Part shown: one piece after another, positions 1 to 10,628 of the stretch
Position numbering within the stretch: position 1 is the stretch's first letter
Layout of the letters: every line of letters starts with the position of its first letter
Source of the DNA: Nemertoderma westbladi
Lineage: Eukaryota > Animalia > Xenacoelomorpha
Direction of reading: 5' to 3'
Length of the DNA stretch: 38,576 nt
Assembly (NCBI GenBank): GCA_032718475.1
Contig: JAUCBJ010004682.1
Coordinates: 1 to 38,576 of the forward strand
The notes under the pieces: generated by a model
What the model saw: only the letters and a program-made list of their open reading frames with translations
Database searches by the model: none
What the model was told of the DNA's origin: nothing
Position numbers and translations under genes: made by a program

Positions 1-47
1 CTAAGCTATGAAAGGTATTTGCCGCATTGCAGGTTTTTTGTCTTACC

Positions 48-102
48 ATGTCCGCTAAAACACGTATATAGCAAAATGACTTTTATGTCCGTTAAAACAC
101 CT
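48..102. repeat. ~40-bp-unit ATGTCCG(C/T)TAAAACAC repeat, related to 8207-8335
   Basis: Two motif copies; 81-102 (TTTTATGTCCGTTAAAACACCT) is identical to 8314-8335. Confidence 0.75.
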
Positions 103-760
103 GTAACGGTACCTTGAGGGCGAGGGGAATATTTATACAGTTATAGAACCTTTTTAGAGTATTCCAGCGCCTGGGGGGAAACTGGATTGCGAAGCAAAGG
201 GGCCAGTTATATCCCACAGAAGCTTTTACAGATGGTCAAAGGGTTTAACAGATTTATTTTGCGTTATACGCTACTGTTAAAGGGACATCACGCTACTATA
301 TGTATTATTTAATATACGGTATGAGAGCAATATCGCAAGAAGCAATGTCAGTGAGAAGAGGCAAGTCGTTTCCAAGGTCTACCCAGAGCTTGGTTTAGCC
401 AAGACACGAGGATCTGAACTTTGCATTCCTCATACTCTACTTACCAATAATACTTGAGTATAGTAGGAGCTTTATTGTACTTTAATAAGTACGGATATTT
501 CATCTTACTGTAGTTACGTATTTGTAATGTAATACGGACAGTAAGGAAAGAGAAAAAGAATTATTTCTCGCCGTCGCACGAAATATATAATATATAAGTA
601 ATTAAGTAATAAACACTATTATATTGCACTAATCTACTAAATAATCGCTAAAATAACATTCTACTAAATAAAATTAAAGAAAACGATTATAATAAAATTA
701 CATAATAATACATACATAAATATAAAATAATAAAAACAAATATAAAATAATATAGTCACA
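102..760 (-). repeat. Probable 3' LTR of BEL/Pao element 1
   Basis: Minus-strand termini TGTGAC...GTTACA form an imperfect inverted pair. It directly follows a purine-rich tract ~35 bp after the last pol remnant, contains minus-strand AATAAA (~253-258), and its left edge coincides with the end of flank homology to 8314-8335. No second LTR copy was found. Confidence 0.6.
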
Positions 761-770
761 CACCCACTCC
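761..770 (-). promoter_or_regulatory. Polypurine-tract-like sequence (GGAGTGGGTG) of BEL element 1
   Basis: G-rich tract immediately 5' of TGT on the minus strand. Confidence 0.45.
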
Positions 771-794
771 AGACGCTGTTACGTTGGGGAGTCC

Positions 795-977
795 CTAGAT
801 GTTTGTTGGATTAGGGAGGTGGTCGTGGGAAGAGTATCTTGCCTTCCATAGTTTCCGGACAGTTCTCGGTCTCGTTCCAGTAAACATAAACGACCAACTG
901 GGCGATTGAGCTGCTGTGTCTCGAAGACAATTCCAGGTTTCCTCTTCGTCCTGGAATAGTGACGATAGAAACATCAC
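795..977 (-). pseudogene. Vestigial BEL pol C-terminal/integrase remnants
   Basis: LSSLFQDEE, WSFMF and KLWKARY loosely echo the BEL motifs LxPFxDExG, WxFxP and FWxRWxxEY in the expected order. Similarity is weak. Confidence 0.4.
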
Positions 978-3331
978 TTCAAATACACGACGGCCTTACA
1001 AAGCCGATTCCAGGATCTATAGTGGTCCATCGCTCCCGGCAGGAGAGGTGAGAGTCCCGGCGAGACGTCTGGTGTTCCAGATCTCCAGTCTCTCTCTCTG
1101 ATCTCCACAACAGATCGGTTCGCGGTGGGGGAGTTTAGATCCACAGCGTCGTCCCTGGCAATGTGTAGTACAGACAGATCTATCACGGGTTTAAATAACC
1201 TTGATTTACTCGCCCGGGTTTTAGGTTTGACTTTCTCCGCTCCCTTGGCTTGTCTAATCTCAGCCGTGGTAAGATGGGGAGGCCATTCATCTTCTTTACT
1301 TAGGAAGTCGGGTCCACCTAACCAGTCTGGAGTATCTGTCAGTTCTTGAGGAGTTGCTCCTCTGGAAGCGATGTCGGCTAGATTAATCGTCTCGGGGCAA
1401 TGTCTCCATTGATCTACATTGGAGTTAATATCGTCATTATCTGAGGAGTATGGTGTTCCCTCAGTTGGGTCGTCTACCTCACTGCTCTCCGCTTCCCATT
1501 CACTTACTTGGTATACCCGTTCTTTTGGTAACCTTTCTATGAGAGTTCTACGGGAAGGGCCAGTAAAGTACCAACCTACTCTAGTTCTTCCCGCATAGGC
1601 TTGTAGTGGTTGCGGTTGAGCAGGCCGTTTCTCCAATGTCTCAAGCGCCTCATGCGCATTTTGGCCGATGAGTATTTGCACTCCAGGGTAGTCTGTGTTG
1701 AATCTAGGTATATTAAGCTGCTGGGTGGAATCGTCCTCATCCCAGTTATAAGGTTCTACTTGGCTGGTAGCGAAGTTCTTTATCGCCACCATTTTTACTG
1801 ACCTTATGCTATGTTCTCCTAGTTCATCCTGGGGGGTGGACAACGCACCTACATAATAATCCGCTATTACTGTAGATTTCCAAACCTGCATAATTCCTGA
1901 CATGTTTAACTTAGTTCGGAACTTGGGTTGTCCAGCAAAGATGTCTTCGGCTAGTTCTTTGTCGATGAATGTTCCTGTGCTACCGGAGTCAAGGAGGGCG
2001 TTCACTGTATAACTCCTTTTAGGTCCGTGGACCCTTAACTGCACTACGGGAAATTCTTGGATTCCTACATTGGAAGTTGGTGCTTTCCAAGATGGTTGTC
2101 GGTCAGAAGTAGTTAGGGGGAGCTCGCTGTCGGTGTCCTTTTCATACGTAAGTGCTCGATACACTGCGGTATTTATCAGGTAACAGGATTCGTTTTCGTC
2201 GGAGAATTCGTCCGTATAGAATCCTTCCATCTCAGAACTTTGGTCAGTGTCGTTCACATCACTGAATTGGACATGTAGTTCGGACTCACTTACCTGACTC
2301 GGGCTGTTTCGATCGAATTCAGTGTGCAACAAGATATGATGTTTTGCGCCGCACTTTGCACACCTTGCGTCGGAGTAACAGGTTCGCCGTTGGTGTCCTC
2401 GTCTGAGGCAATTATAACACAACCGCTTATCCCACATGACTTCACGTCTATCCTTTAATGATTTCCTCATGAATTCATCACACGCACTTAAACGGTGGGG
2501 CCCGTCGCACAGCACACATTTTGGTTTGATGTTACTTACCTTACTCTGGGTAACGTTGTGCACACTCGTTCTTTCCTCGGGCTTTCTTACATGAATTCTC
2601 TTAGGAGACGTAGGAGGAGTTTTTCTTACCTGTTCTCTCCTGTCATTGGTTCGAGACTTGAATTTACTTACGTCCTTAGGCGCTTTGTTGTCATAGTAAG
2701 ATCTTTCAGTGTCTTTCCCGCTGTCTTCCTCTTGAGAAGCCTGGCTTTCGCCGTCGTCTGTATAACACACTGGTATTACCCTTCTCCTAGAAACGGGTTT
2801 CTCACTTACCTTATTTTCCGGTGTCTTCTCTCTGGACTGCTTTAGGAGCTGTAATTTTACCTCTCCATCTAAGAATGACATGAGATCAGCCATGGTAGGA
2901 TCTCTTCGTTGTTGTTCCATCATATATAACACTTTCTTGTCCCAGCGTGTACCTACTCCACCCTTTGGTAAAGTAGAGGCCACGGCTCCAATAACCATAG
3001 AACTCTGATATTCATGAGACTTACCTAGCCAATCTAATTGTCTACAGATTTCCTGAATCTCATCGGAAAACTCTACAATCCCGCTGCTAATGAACTTTCG
3101 GGGCGCTACCAATTTTGCATACAAATACCTAGCTATGTTATTCCTATTACCATACCTGATGTTTAGGGTATCCCAAACTTGTCTTAATCCATCTGGATGT
3201 CCAATAAACTTTAACCCCATTAACTTGGGAGATCCTTCCAAGCACTCGATGAGGAATCTAAGTTTCTCTCCATTAGATAGCACAGAGTTCTGTATGTTAT
3301 CTTTATAATATTCATTAAAATTAATATTCAA
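974..3331 (-). CDS. BEL/Pao gag (capsid-like + Zn knuckles)-aspartic protease fused in frame to RNase H C-terminal remnant
   Basis: LSNGEKLRFLIECLEG; CVLCDGPH..C, CYNCLRRGH..C, CAKCGAKHHILLH (~2330-2518); ALLDSGS (1982-1999); ILIGQN; RVGWYFTGP; WRHCPETINLADIASRG..WLGGPDFL..WP; SWNRL. The listed start is not a true initiation site, as this continues ORF 3404-4627. Confidence 0.9.
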   Translation of the reverse strand: MNINFNEYYKDNIQNSVLSNGEKLRFLIECLEGSPKLMGLKFIGHPDGLRQVWDTLNIRYGNRNNIARYLYAKLVAPRKFISSGIVEFSDEIQEICRQLDWLGKSHEYQSSMVIGAVASTLPKGGVGTRWDKKVLYMMEQQRRDPTMADLMSFLDGEVKLQLLKQSREKTPENKVSEKPVSRRRVIPVCYTDDGESQASQEEDSGKDTERSYYDNKAPKDVSKFKSRTNDRREQVRKTPPTSPKRIHVRKPEERTSVHNVTQSKVSNIKPKCVLCDGPHRLSACDEFMRKSLKDRREVMWDKRLCYNCLRRGHQRRTCYSDARCAKCGAKHHILLHTEFDRNSPSQVSESELHVQFSDVNDTDQSSEMEGFYTDEFSDENESCYLINTAVYRALTYEKDTDSELPLTTSDRQPSWKAPTSNVGIQEFPVVQLRVHGPKRSYTVNALLDSGSTGTFIDKELAEDIFAGQPKFRTKLNMSGIMQVWKSTVIADYYVGALSTPQDELGEHSIRSVKMVAIKNFATSQVEPYNWDEDDSTQQLNIPRFNTDYPGVQILIGQNAHEALETLEKRPAQPQPLQAYAGRTRVGWYFTGPSRRTLIERLPKERVYQVSEWEAESSEVDDPTEGTPYSSDNDDINSNVDQWRHCPETINLADIASRGATPQELTDTPDWLGGPDFLSKEDEWPPHLTTAEIRQAKGAEKVKPKTRASKSRLFKPVIDLSVLHIARDDAVDLNSPTANRSVVEIRERDWRSGTPDVSPGLSPLLPGAMDHYRSWNRLCKAVVYLK

Positions 3332-3403
3332 AAAAAAAAATTCTATAATTCATTCAAAAATATTCATTAATTCATATTCATTATAATATTCAATCAATAT
3401 TCA

Positions 3404-4627
3404 TTATTTCATCTCATCTCCATTGAACTTGACGATCTCTCCCACCTTTACCGCTTGACGGGCTTCGGTTCTAGCCATTTGACGTGTAAAACTTTCTTGG
3501 GCCATCGTGTTATTTAATATCGAGTTATCGGTATATAAATTTCTCGGATTATGATCAGGTCTATATGGAATATCATTGTCAACAGGTTTATAATTACCCT
3601 TAATAGGGTTCACTATAGGAGTTTCTACTTCACTAGCAGTATAGATGCGTGTAGGCTCCACACCTTGCGCATGAAATACTTCAGACCTAACAGGTTGACA
3701 CATTGTTACTGGGGTTGGTGGTATACCCCTTCGGGTATTTACTAATTTGTAATTTACTAATAATGCGATACTCTGCTGCACCTCTTGCAACTCTAACCTA
3801 CTTTCCCTTACTGTGCCCTTGAACTGCTGAACAGTTCCTTCCATCTCCCGGACCTGCTGAGAGGAGCACTTGCGGTGTTCCCTCAACTGCCCGAGCAGGA
3901 GACCCATCTCCCGTCGTCCCTCTTCTACCCACTCGACCGCCGAAGCGGGAGGCGCCAACGTAGTAGCGGGCGGACGAGGGACAATGGGCGACAAATCATT
4001 AATATTTCGCTCGGAGTCCAGGACATGAACATTTTCTGGGGTGGTTCTGTTGGGCACAGGTAGTTTCGTGCTGTGCAAAGGGAATTTAGAGGTAGGTTCT
4101 GGGAGTACAGGTGTCTCTATCACCGAAGGGGTGGCTTCGAGAACAGGCCTAATTATTTCAGGTTCATCTACTATAGTAGGGAGTCTTTCTAATCTAATAA
4201 TTTGGTCTGTGGGTTCTGTACTACCTAAGTCTACACTATCCAGTTGCATTCTCACCTCAGGAGGTAACGTCCGCTTGAGCATCCGTCTACGTCCGCTTGA
4301 ACGAGATTTATTACCTCTACCTTCGGGATCTCTCATATCACCTTCATCGGAGGAGGCAAATCCCTGTCTTCTGGAAGTATATCGACTCAGTAACCGTATC
4401 TGAGTTGCAACTATCCGTATCTGAGCTGTCCTTTGTTTCTTCAAGTATTCTTGTTCCGCCTGAAGTTTTTCCAGCTCTAGTTGGGTGGTCTCTTCAGATG
4501 CTCTTAGTTCTGCTTCTGCCACTGCCGCTTTTCTTTCCGCTTCTATTGCTGCAGCTGCCGCTTTTCTTTCCGCTTCTACTTGCCGTTGCTTTAATTGTCT
4601 ATCCTTAACTAGCCTAGGGTCTGACAC
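3404..4627 (-). CDS. N-terminal part of BEL gag (coiled-coil/disordered)
   Basis: Same frame as 974-3331. It ends at IVKFNGD, matching the xxxFxGD motif that opens the BEL capsid-like domain, and is separated from the rest by a 72-bp AT-rich stop-containing patch. Confidence 0.75.
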   Translation of the reverse strand: MSDPRLVKDRQLKQRQVEAERKAAAAAIEAERKAAVAEAELRASEETTQLELEKLQAEQEYLKKQRTAQIRIVATQIRLLSRYTSRRQGFASSDEGDMRDPEGRGNKSRSSGRRRMLKRTLPPEVRMQLDSVDLGSTEPTDQIIRLERLPTIVDEPEIIRPVLEATPSVIETPVLPEPTSKFPLHSTKLPVPNRTTPENVHVLDSERNINDLSPIVPRPPATTLAPPASAVEWVEEGRREMGLLLGQLREHRKCSSQQVREMEGTVQQFKGTVRESRLELQEVQQSIALLVNYKLVNTRRGIPPTPVTMCQPVRSEVFHAQGVEPTRIYTASEVETPIVNPIKGNYKPVDNDIPYRPDHNPRNLYTDNSILNNTMAQESFTRQMARTEARQAVKVGEIVKFNGDEMK

Positions 4628-4914
4628 TACTACTGAAGGGATGACCTTTCCTACAGTAGGGGACTTGGACTTTGTTCTATACTTTGATCTTGGTCACAGA
4701 TCCTTTCAAGACACTGTCCAAGTCTAAGACTCATTCTAAAACCTTCCAAAAGACTATCTGACAGTGCCCGTTTTGTGTCAGACATGTTTGTTTGTACAGT
4801 TGAATGCCTACTGCTATATTACAGTTAAAGCAAGTCTAGTAATTCAGTATCACCGTTAGCCTAGTAATTAATTACCGATACTGTTACTCAGTGTAACGTG
4901 ATATATATATATAA

Positions 4915-5180
4915 TATATTAGAATACCGGTATACACTTATAGTATATATATAAGTATTATTACAGACTAGGTTTGTCACAGAATACCGGTATATAATTT
5001 CAGCACAACTATATATATAAATATATAATAGGCCTATCGTGAATACCGGTATACAGCTTACACTTATAGTACATATAAGTATAATTATGGACTAGAATTA
5101 ATTACAGAATACCGGTATATAATTTCAGCGCAAATTTATAGAAATAGATATAATGAGCCTATCGTAAATACCGGTATGTC
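4915..5180. repeat. ~60-bp unit / ~123-bp dimer tandem repeat with GAATACCGGTAT core
   Basis: Core recurs at ~4922, 4982, 5041, 5107 and 5167; alternate units resemble each other more. Confidence 0.8.
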
Positions 5181-6129
5181 AATTATTTTAGAATAATTGA
5201 ATTTCTGAATTTTAGGGGTTACTTGGTTACTTTACTTTACTTGATTACCGTTATTTAAGCAGTAGTCCAACTGATATTAAGACCTAATGGTTGTAAGACA
5301 GGCCTACTATTTTATAAATCGGTTTGAGTTGATTTATAATATATATACCCGTTTAATGGGTTTTTGTCAATATTTGAAATAAATGTTATTATTTCTGGGA
5401 AGGAGTCACCGCACAGAAGCTGTACGCTCTCAGTGAAGTGCTACTTGTTGGACACTAAAACAAATAATTCTAATTTACCTAAGTTACTTAATACTACAAA
5501 TTACGTACAATTCGGGGTGAGATTACAATCTCTAAATAAACACAAAAATTACACGTACGAATTTTTAGGGTAATTTTACAAGAAGTCTACAAACCAGCCT
5601 AACAAAGGGTTAGAATATCTGGTTATTACAATGGACAGGGTACTACGGTATTTGAAAATAACAAAGCAGTAGTAAATATCTTGCGTTGTCCAGATAGGAA
5701 AAATACCACCGTCTGACGACTTATAGCCGTATCGCTATAAGTACTACGTTATGTATCACGGAGTGTTCCTACCTAGAAGTTAATTACCGCGGTCTACCAG
5801 AACCAACGTGCCTATTAACCACTTTACAACACAAATATACTGTCTACACACTAATTACCTTCGGAAAGCACTGTACACTAAACCCTAAATTAGGTACAAG
5901 TACTTATACAACAAATAATCAGCAGTTAGAAATACTTGTACAGCTAAAAGAACCACGGTATCTGCTGGAGTGACCGGGGCACAAAATCACCAGTCTTTAC
6001 CTACGCCAAGCAGCCCTGATGTAGTACCGGGGTTAATTTAACTATAACGGTATGTACAACAAGCACAATTACTGTAGGAATAAACTTGGGGATATGAATG
6101 TTGCGAATAATGCATAAACTCTGAATAAT

Positions 6130-6705
6130 AAATATTACGCTACGCGTACAGACTACTCAAACAAAATACAGACCAAACGCTGGCAGACTACTATCAAGCC
6201 CAAACAAACTACACAGTATATACAGACTCCGAAATGGTTAGTTAGTATGCGTTCTAACCGAGTAGTACGACTTATTCTTTCGAGGGGATTTACCTCACAG
6301 CACTGGAAGCCCCTACGTCCCTAACTAGTAATTTATCGGACATACACTCTACACACACCGAAATCTCTTCAGACCTAACAACAGCCAGACAACAATCCAG
6401 CCTACAAATTATCTAAAAAAGAAATATTACGCTACCCGTACAGACTACACAAACAAAAATACAGACCAAACGCTGGCAGACTACTATCAAGCCTAAACAA
6501 ACTACAGTATATGCAGACTCCGAAATGGTTAGTTAGTATGCGTTCTAACTGAGTAGTACGACTTATTCTTTCGAGGGGATTTACCTCACAGCACTGGAAG
6601 CCCCTACGTTCCTAACTAGTATTTTATCGGACATACACTCTACACACACCGTAATCTCTTCAGACCTAACAACAGCCAGACAACAATCCAGCCTACAAAT
6701 TATCT
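6130..6705. repeat. Direct tandem duplication, 292-bp period
   Basis: 6130-6414 and 6422-6705 are near-identical with scattered substitutions and small indels. Confidence 0.95.
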
Positions 6706-6947
6706 GTACAATCTGAGCAGGCTTACACGCCTTCTGCTCAATATTAGCCTACAAATAAATAAAACTGACAGAAATAAGTAAACCATACAAAGGAATAAGG
6801 GGTGATCAATCCCTAATCCCCTAACAGCTTACAATATACAATATATCACAATCGAAATAATACTGCTGTACCTGTACTGCTGTAAGTACCGGTTCGGGTG
6901 TTTAGGTAGTTAGGCCTACTGGGTACCGGTTGACCGGTACTTCAGCT

Positions 6948-7196
6948 TTATTGCCTACTGCAATACAGAAGCAATAACTGTTATTGTTCTTACCAGAACA
7001 ATATTAAACTGTATTTATTGCCTACACTGCAATCAGATGATCATAACTGTTATTGTTCTTACCAGAACAATATTAAACTGTATTTATTGCCTACACTGCA
7101 ATCAGAAGTTCATAACTGTTATTGTTCTTACCAGAACAATATTAAACTGTATTTATTGCCTACACTGCAATCAGAAGTTCATAACTGTTATTGTTC
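6948..7196. repeat. 69-bp minisatellite, ~3.6 copies, each full unit with a hairpin
   Basis: TATTTATTGCC at 7012, 7081 and 7150; stem-loop TATTGTTCT-TACC-AGAACAATA. Confidence 0.95.
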
Positions 7197-8073
7197 GCGC
7201 TTTCAGACCTTTAGCAGTTTAACCTGCCAAATTTGGATGTCTTCTAGATTATAAATCGACTTTAGCCTATGACGAGTATTTGATACACTACATTAGCCGA
7301 AGCCAGTCTATGCGCGACCATTCACCCGCTGGATATACCCGGGAGACTGGATTCGGAAGCTTTGACCTTATTGCGGTGTAGGCCTACTGTATTATTCGAC
7401 TGATCGTTAATATATAATTTCTGACAAATATTATTCACTTTCGGGAAATATTAACAGTTCCTTTAGGACGTGGCGCTCTAAATATGTAAACAGAGCTATG
7501 ACTTACACTAGACACAACGGGATGGCCATGGATTCACGTATAAAGCGCATTCTTTAGGAGATGCTTTGTTATCTGTCACAATCATGCACACTACTGCACA
7601 ATGCTGCACACCGATCTGCCGACCTTCACTAATTTTAGTCACATATAAAGAGAACAGCAAACGACTCATGTAGTGCCTATGAAATAGCATTAGATTCACT
7701 CCAAAACCACTTTAATGTAAGTCACAATTGTTATATGTAACCGGTCTCTCTAACCTTCAGTATATCAAGAAGATTGGGGTTTTCTGATTATTTATGGATA
7801 TTATCCAAATATAACAAGATTCCATTAACTGATATAATTAATAACCGAATAAACCATAAATAGCAGTGAAATAATGCGGTGAAAGCATAATGCATATGTA
7901 CTGAGTTGGTTTGATAACAGTTATACGTTTCTATGACCAAAGCCTACTAATGTTTGGCTTAAGCCTGAAACATAGTAACTCCAAAGCCGGTCTTCTGGCT
8001 GTGGACAAAATACACATACTGACTGAATCGCATGAGTTTCTGTATACAATCTCCAACACAGAGTCAAAAAACG

Positions 8074-8162
8074 CTCTGATTGGTTGACCGAACAAAGAAC
8101 GAACAAAGAACAAAGAAATGTTACACGTGGACATATCAGCTGTTAGATGTCGTCATGGTAAC
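8074..8162. promoter_or_regulatory. Cluster of Pol II promoter-type motifs (CCAAT, E-boxes, RFX X-box-like)
   Basis: CTGATTGG (~8076), CACGTG (8124), CAGCTG (8137) and GTCGTCATGGTAAC (8149-8162). Motif match only. Confidence 0.3.
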
Positions 8163-8206
8163 TACACTGTATCGAGAGGATTTTGGCTTATTGCGACATA
8201 AGATCG

Positions 8207-8335
8207 CTAGTTATGTCCGCTAAAGTACACAGTTAGTTATGTCCGCTAAAGTACACATATAGAAGAAATGGCTTTTATGTCCACTAAAACACCGGTACAG
8301 TAAGGAAACGGCTTTTTATGTCCGTTAAAACACCT
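8207..8335. repeat. Four copies of TATGTCC(G/A)(C/T)TAAA motif, 27-41 bp spacing
   Basis: Directly visible; related to 48-102. Confidence 0.8.
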
Positions 8336-8550
8336 ACAGAGTACTTTGCGGGGAAAATAACTAGCTAGATCCGCAAAAGCCTTTACAATGCTTGTAAATA
8401 GAACTTTAAACAATAACAACAATAAATAGAACACTAAACAACACTAAACATACTGCCAATATACAATTACCAATTACTGAATTTATCTGCTTAAAGTGCT
8501 GAACGGCATACCGGTAGGCAAAGTGTTAGCCTACTGTGCAAGTGCAAGGG

Positions 8551-10361
8551 ATGAGTGGTCCTGATTCGGCAGGGAGGCGCTCCTCATTGGCCTCTCAGCC
8601 GCAGTCAGGGACCATGGATGTTGCTCCAGAGGACAGATCGGGTATCACCATCGTGAATGGGTGTTTAGCTTTGCTAGTCCAAGGTTTATCCTCTAGCTGT
8701 TCTGCAACGGTACAGGAATCGTGTTTAACTCGGTACACTCCCTCGGATATTCTTCTTGCGAAAGAAAAACTGTTTAATTGTTGTGGATTTGATCCAATCG
8801 AGAGGCGGGATTCCGCGGGACGCACTGCGGCAAAGGCGAATGTAAGTGATATGTTTGATAAAGTAAGAGCAATGGATATGAATGGAAGCATGCCTGTAAT
8901 AGCAGTTGAGGCATTGGAAGCCTTGTCTCTACCGAACTTGTTTATGCAGTCAGAAATGGGGTTACAAGTTAAGCAGTCACGTCTTGAGGAGAAATTTGAC
9001 CAGGGTTTACGGTCATTGCAGAAAGATTTAGTCGAGAGAATGCAATCATTGGCGAAACTTGTGATGTCGACTAAATCGACAGAGTCACAAATACTGGTTC
9101 GGTTCGGAGATCCACCATCGGTAGGGTGGGAATTCCCACCATTACCTGTAGGTAGCATTGATCAAAACAACAGACCAGCAATTTATTTCCCGTATCGGGA
9201 GGCTATAAGCAAAGCATCAGCCCCTAACCAAGTGGGTAGTCCAGTTATCTGTGGACGGGAGTCACAAGATACTCGTCCGAAAGTGCTCGTGAAGAGGTTA
9301 TATTCTCCGGCCCCACCAGGGCGTTATCCATTCCGTCATCCTTCGTCCCCGGCCGTAAAGACCAGAAATATGTACACAGTATTGGATGGGCATTACAGTG
9401 GCCAAGGTCAAGGAAGCGCTAAGCGCCCCAGGCAGGCATCTGCTGGGGAGATGGTGGTGGATAAGTCGATAACCAACAGGATGTCCAAGAGATACCAACT
9501 CCGAGGCATCGAATAGATGATGAGGGTTATAACCTCGTCGAACGGAAGCCGAGGCGGCAGCATGTAATTGGTACGGGCGGAGGATCCGCTAGTTCATCTG
9601 GGGAAACTGCTCGAAAGACTCGTGCGGCACCAGCACATATATATGTGTTTCGCGTTCACATCTCGGTAACTCTGGCGGATATGGTGGCGGATCTGGCTGA
9701 AATGGGGATTACGATCAAAGAAGCAGATATAGAAAAGAAATCTCGTGACGAATCGTGGTCGACGTCTAATGGTTTCAAGATTGCTGTTCAACGGGTTGAT
9801 TTAAAGAAAGCGTTTCTGGATCTCTCGATCCAGAGACGTGGCCATCCGGGGTTTGTGTTCGCGCGTGGCGTTATAGCCGCTTTATACCAGGTTACGGCGG
9901 TCAAGATAAGAATCTGGTTCCTAAAGCAGGATACAGCGGTCCAGATAATAATCGGGTTCCTAATGCAGGATACAGTGGTCCAGATAATAATCGGGTTTCT
10001 TATGCAGGATACGGCGGTCCAGATAATACAGCTTAATGCGGGATACGGCGGTCCAGATAATACAGCTAGATATGCAGGATACGGCGGTCCAGATAATACA
10101 GCTAGATATGCGGGATACGGCGGTCCAGATAATAGATATGCAGGATACGGCGGTCCAGATAATACTAGGGTTCCATACGCAGGTTCTGGCGGGCCAGATA
10201 ATACTCGGGTTCCTAATGCAAATTCCGGTGGGCCAGATAATACTCAGGTCCCATTTGCAGAGAATGCAGGTTCTGGAGGTTCAGATAATACTCGGGTTCC
10301 TATTGTTGGTCCCAGGGGTCGAGATAATATACAGGTTCCTAGCGCAATTTCCAGTAACTAG
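8551..10361 (+). pseudogene. LINE ORF1 (N-terminal helical domain, RRM-like domain, GYGGPDN-repeat tail), frameshifted
   Basis: IVNGCL..AKEKLF..MPVIAV; after a shift near 9465, DDEGYNLV..VIGTG..HIYVFRV..GFKIAV; after an 8-bp insertion at 9823-9830, ETWPSGVCVR; a further shift near 10035. Confidence 0.8.
9886..10340 (+). repeat. Coding minisatellite, ~11 units of mostly 30-45 bp
   Basis: GCAGGATACGGCGGTCCAGATAAT core encoding AGYGGPDN. Confidence 0.9.
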
Positions 10362-10401
10362 TTAAGTTTGGTATATATTTTTCTTTTAAATATTTTATAC
10401 A

Positions 10402-10597
10402 ATGGATACTTCACATTTACTACACAATGGTGCATTTTGTATGACTTCATATAACAGTACTGGTTTGTCACCCGATAAACTTGACTTTATCAATGTATTA
10501 TTAGCTGGAAGCGATATTGTCTGTATTCAGGAGCACTTTTTATTGCGTGATAATTCTTATAAGCTTACAGCAGCTTTCCCTGCATTTAAATGTTTAA

Positions 10598-10628
<31 letters not shown>

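Larger units (their letters stand above)
102..7480 (-). mobile_element. BEL/Pao LTR retrotransposon, non-autonomous (gag-protease retained, pol largely deleted); 5' boundary uncertain
   Basis: BEL-type gag, triple Zn knuckle, aspartic protease, RNase H C-terminal motif, PPT and LTR. Assigning the noncoding region 4630-7480 as leader is inference. Confidence 0.75.

Noticed and set aside
3332-3403. Intron or programmed frameshift in gag
   Set aside because: No GT donor on the coding strand, and the flanking ORFs are already in the same frame.
7018-7254. Cys-containing repeat peptides
   Set aside because: Translation of the 69-bp minisatellite; no other coding support.
7455-7500. PBS and 5' LTR of BEL element 1
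   Set aside because: TGTAAAC at 7485 does not continue to match 102-760, and no TGG-starting tRNA complement was recognisable.
8595-9158. 187-aa antisense ORF, like other short antisense ORFs over TE genes
   Set aside because: Shadow frames of TE coding sequence with no recognisable motifs.
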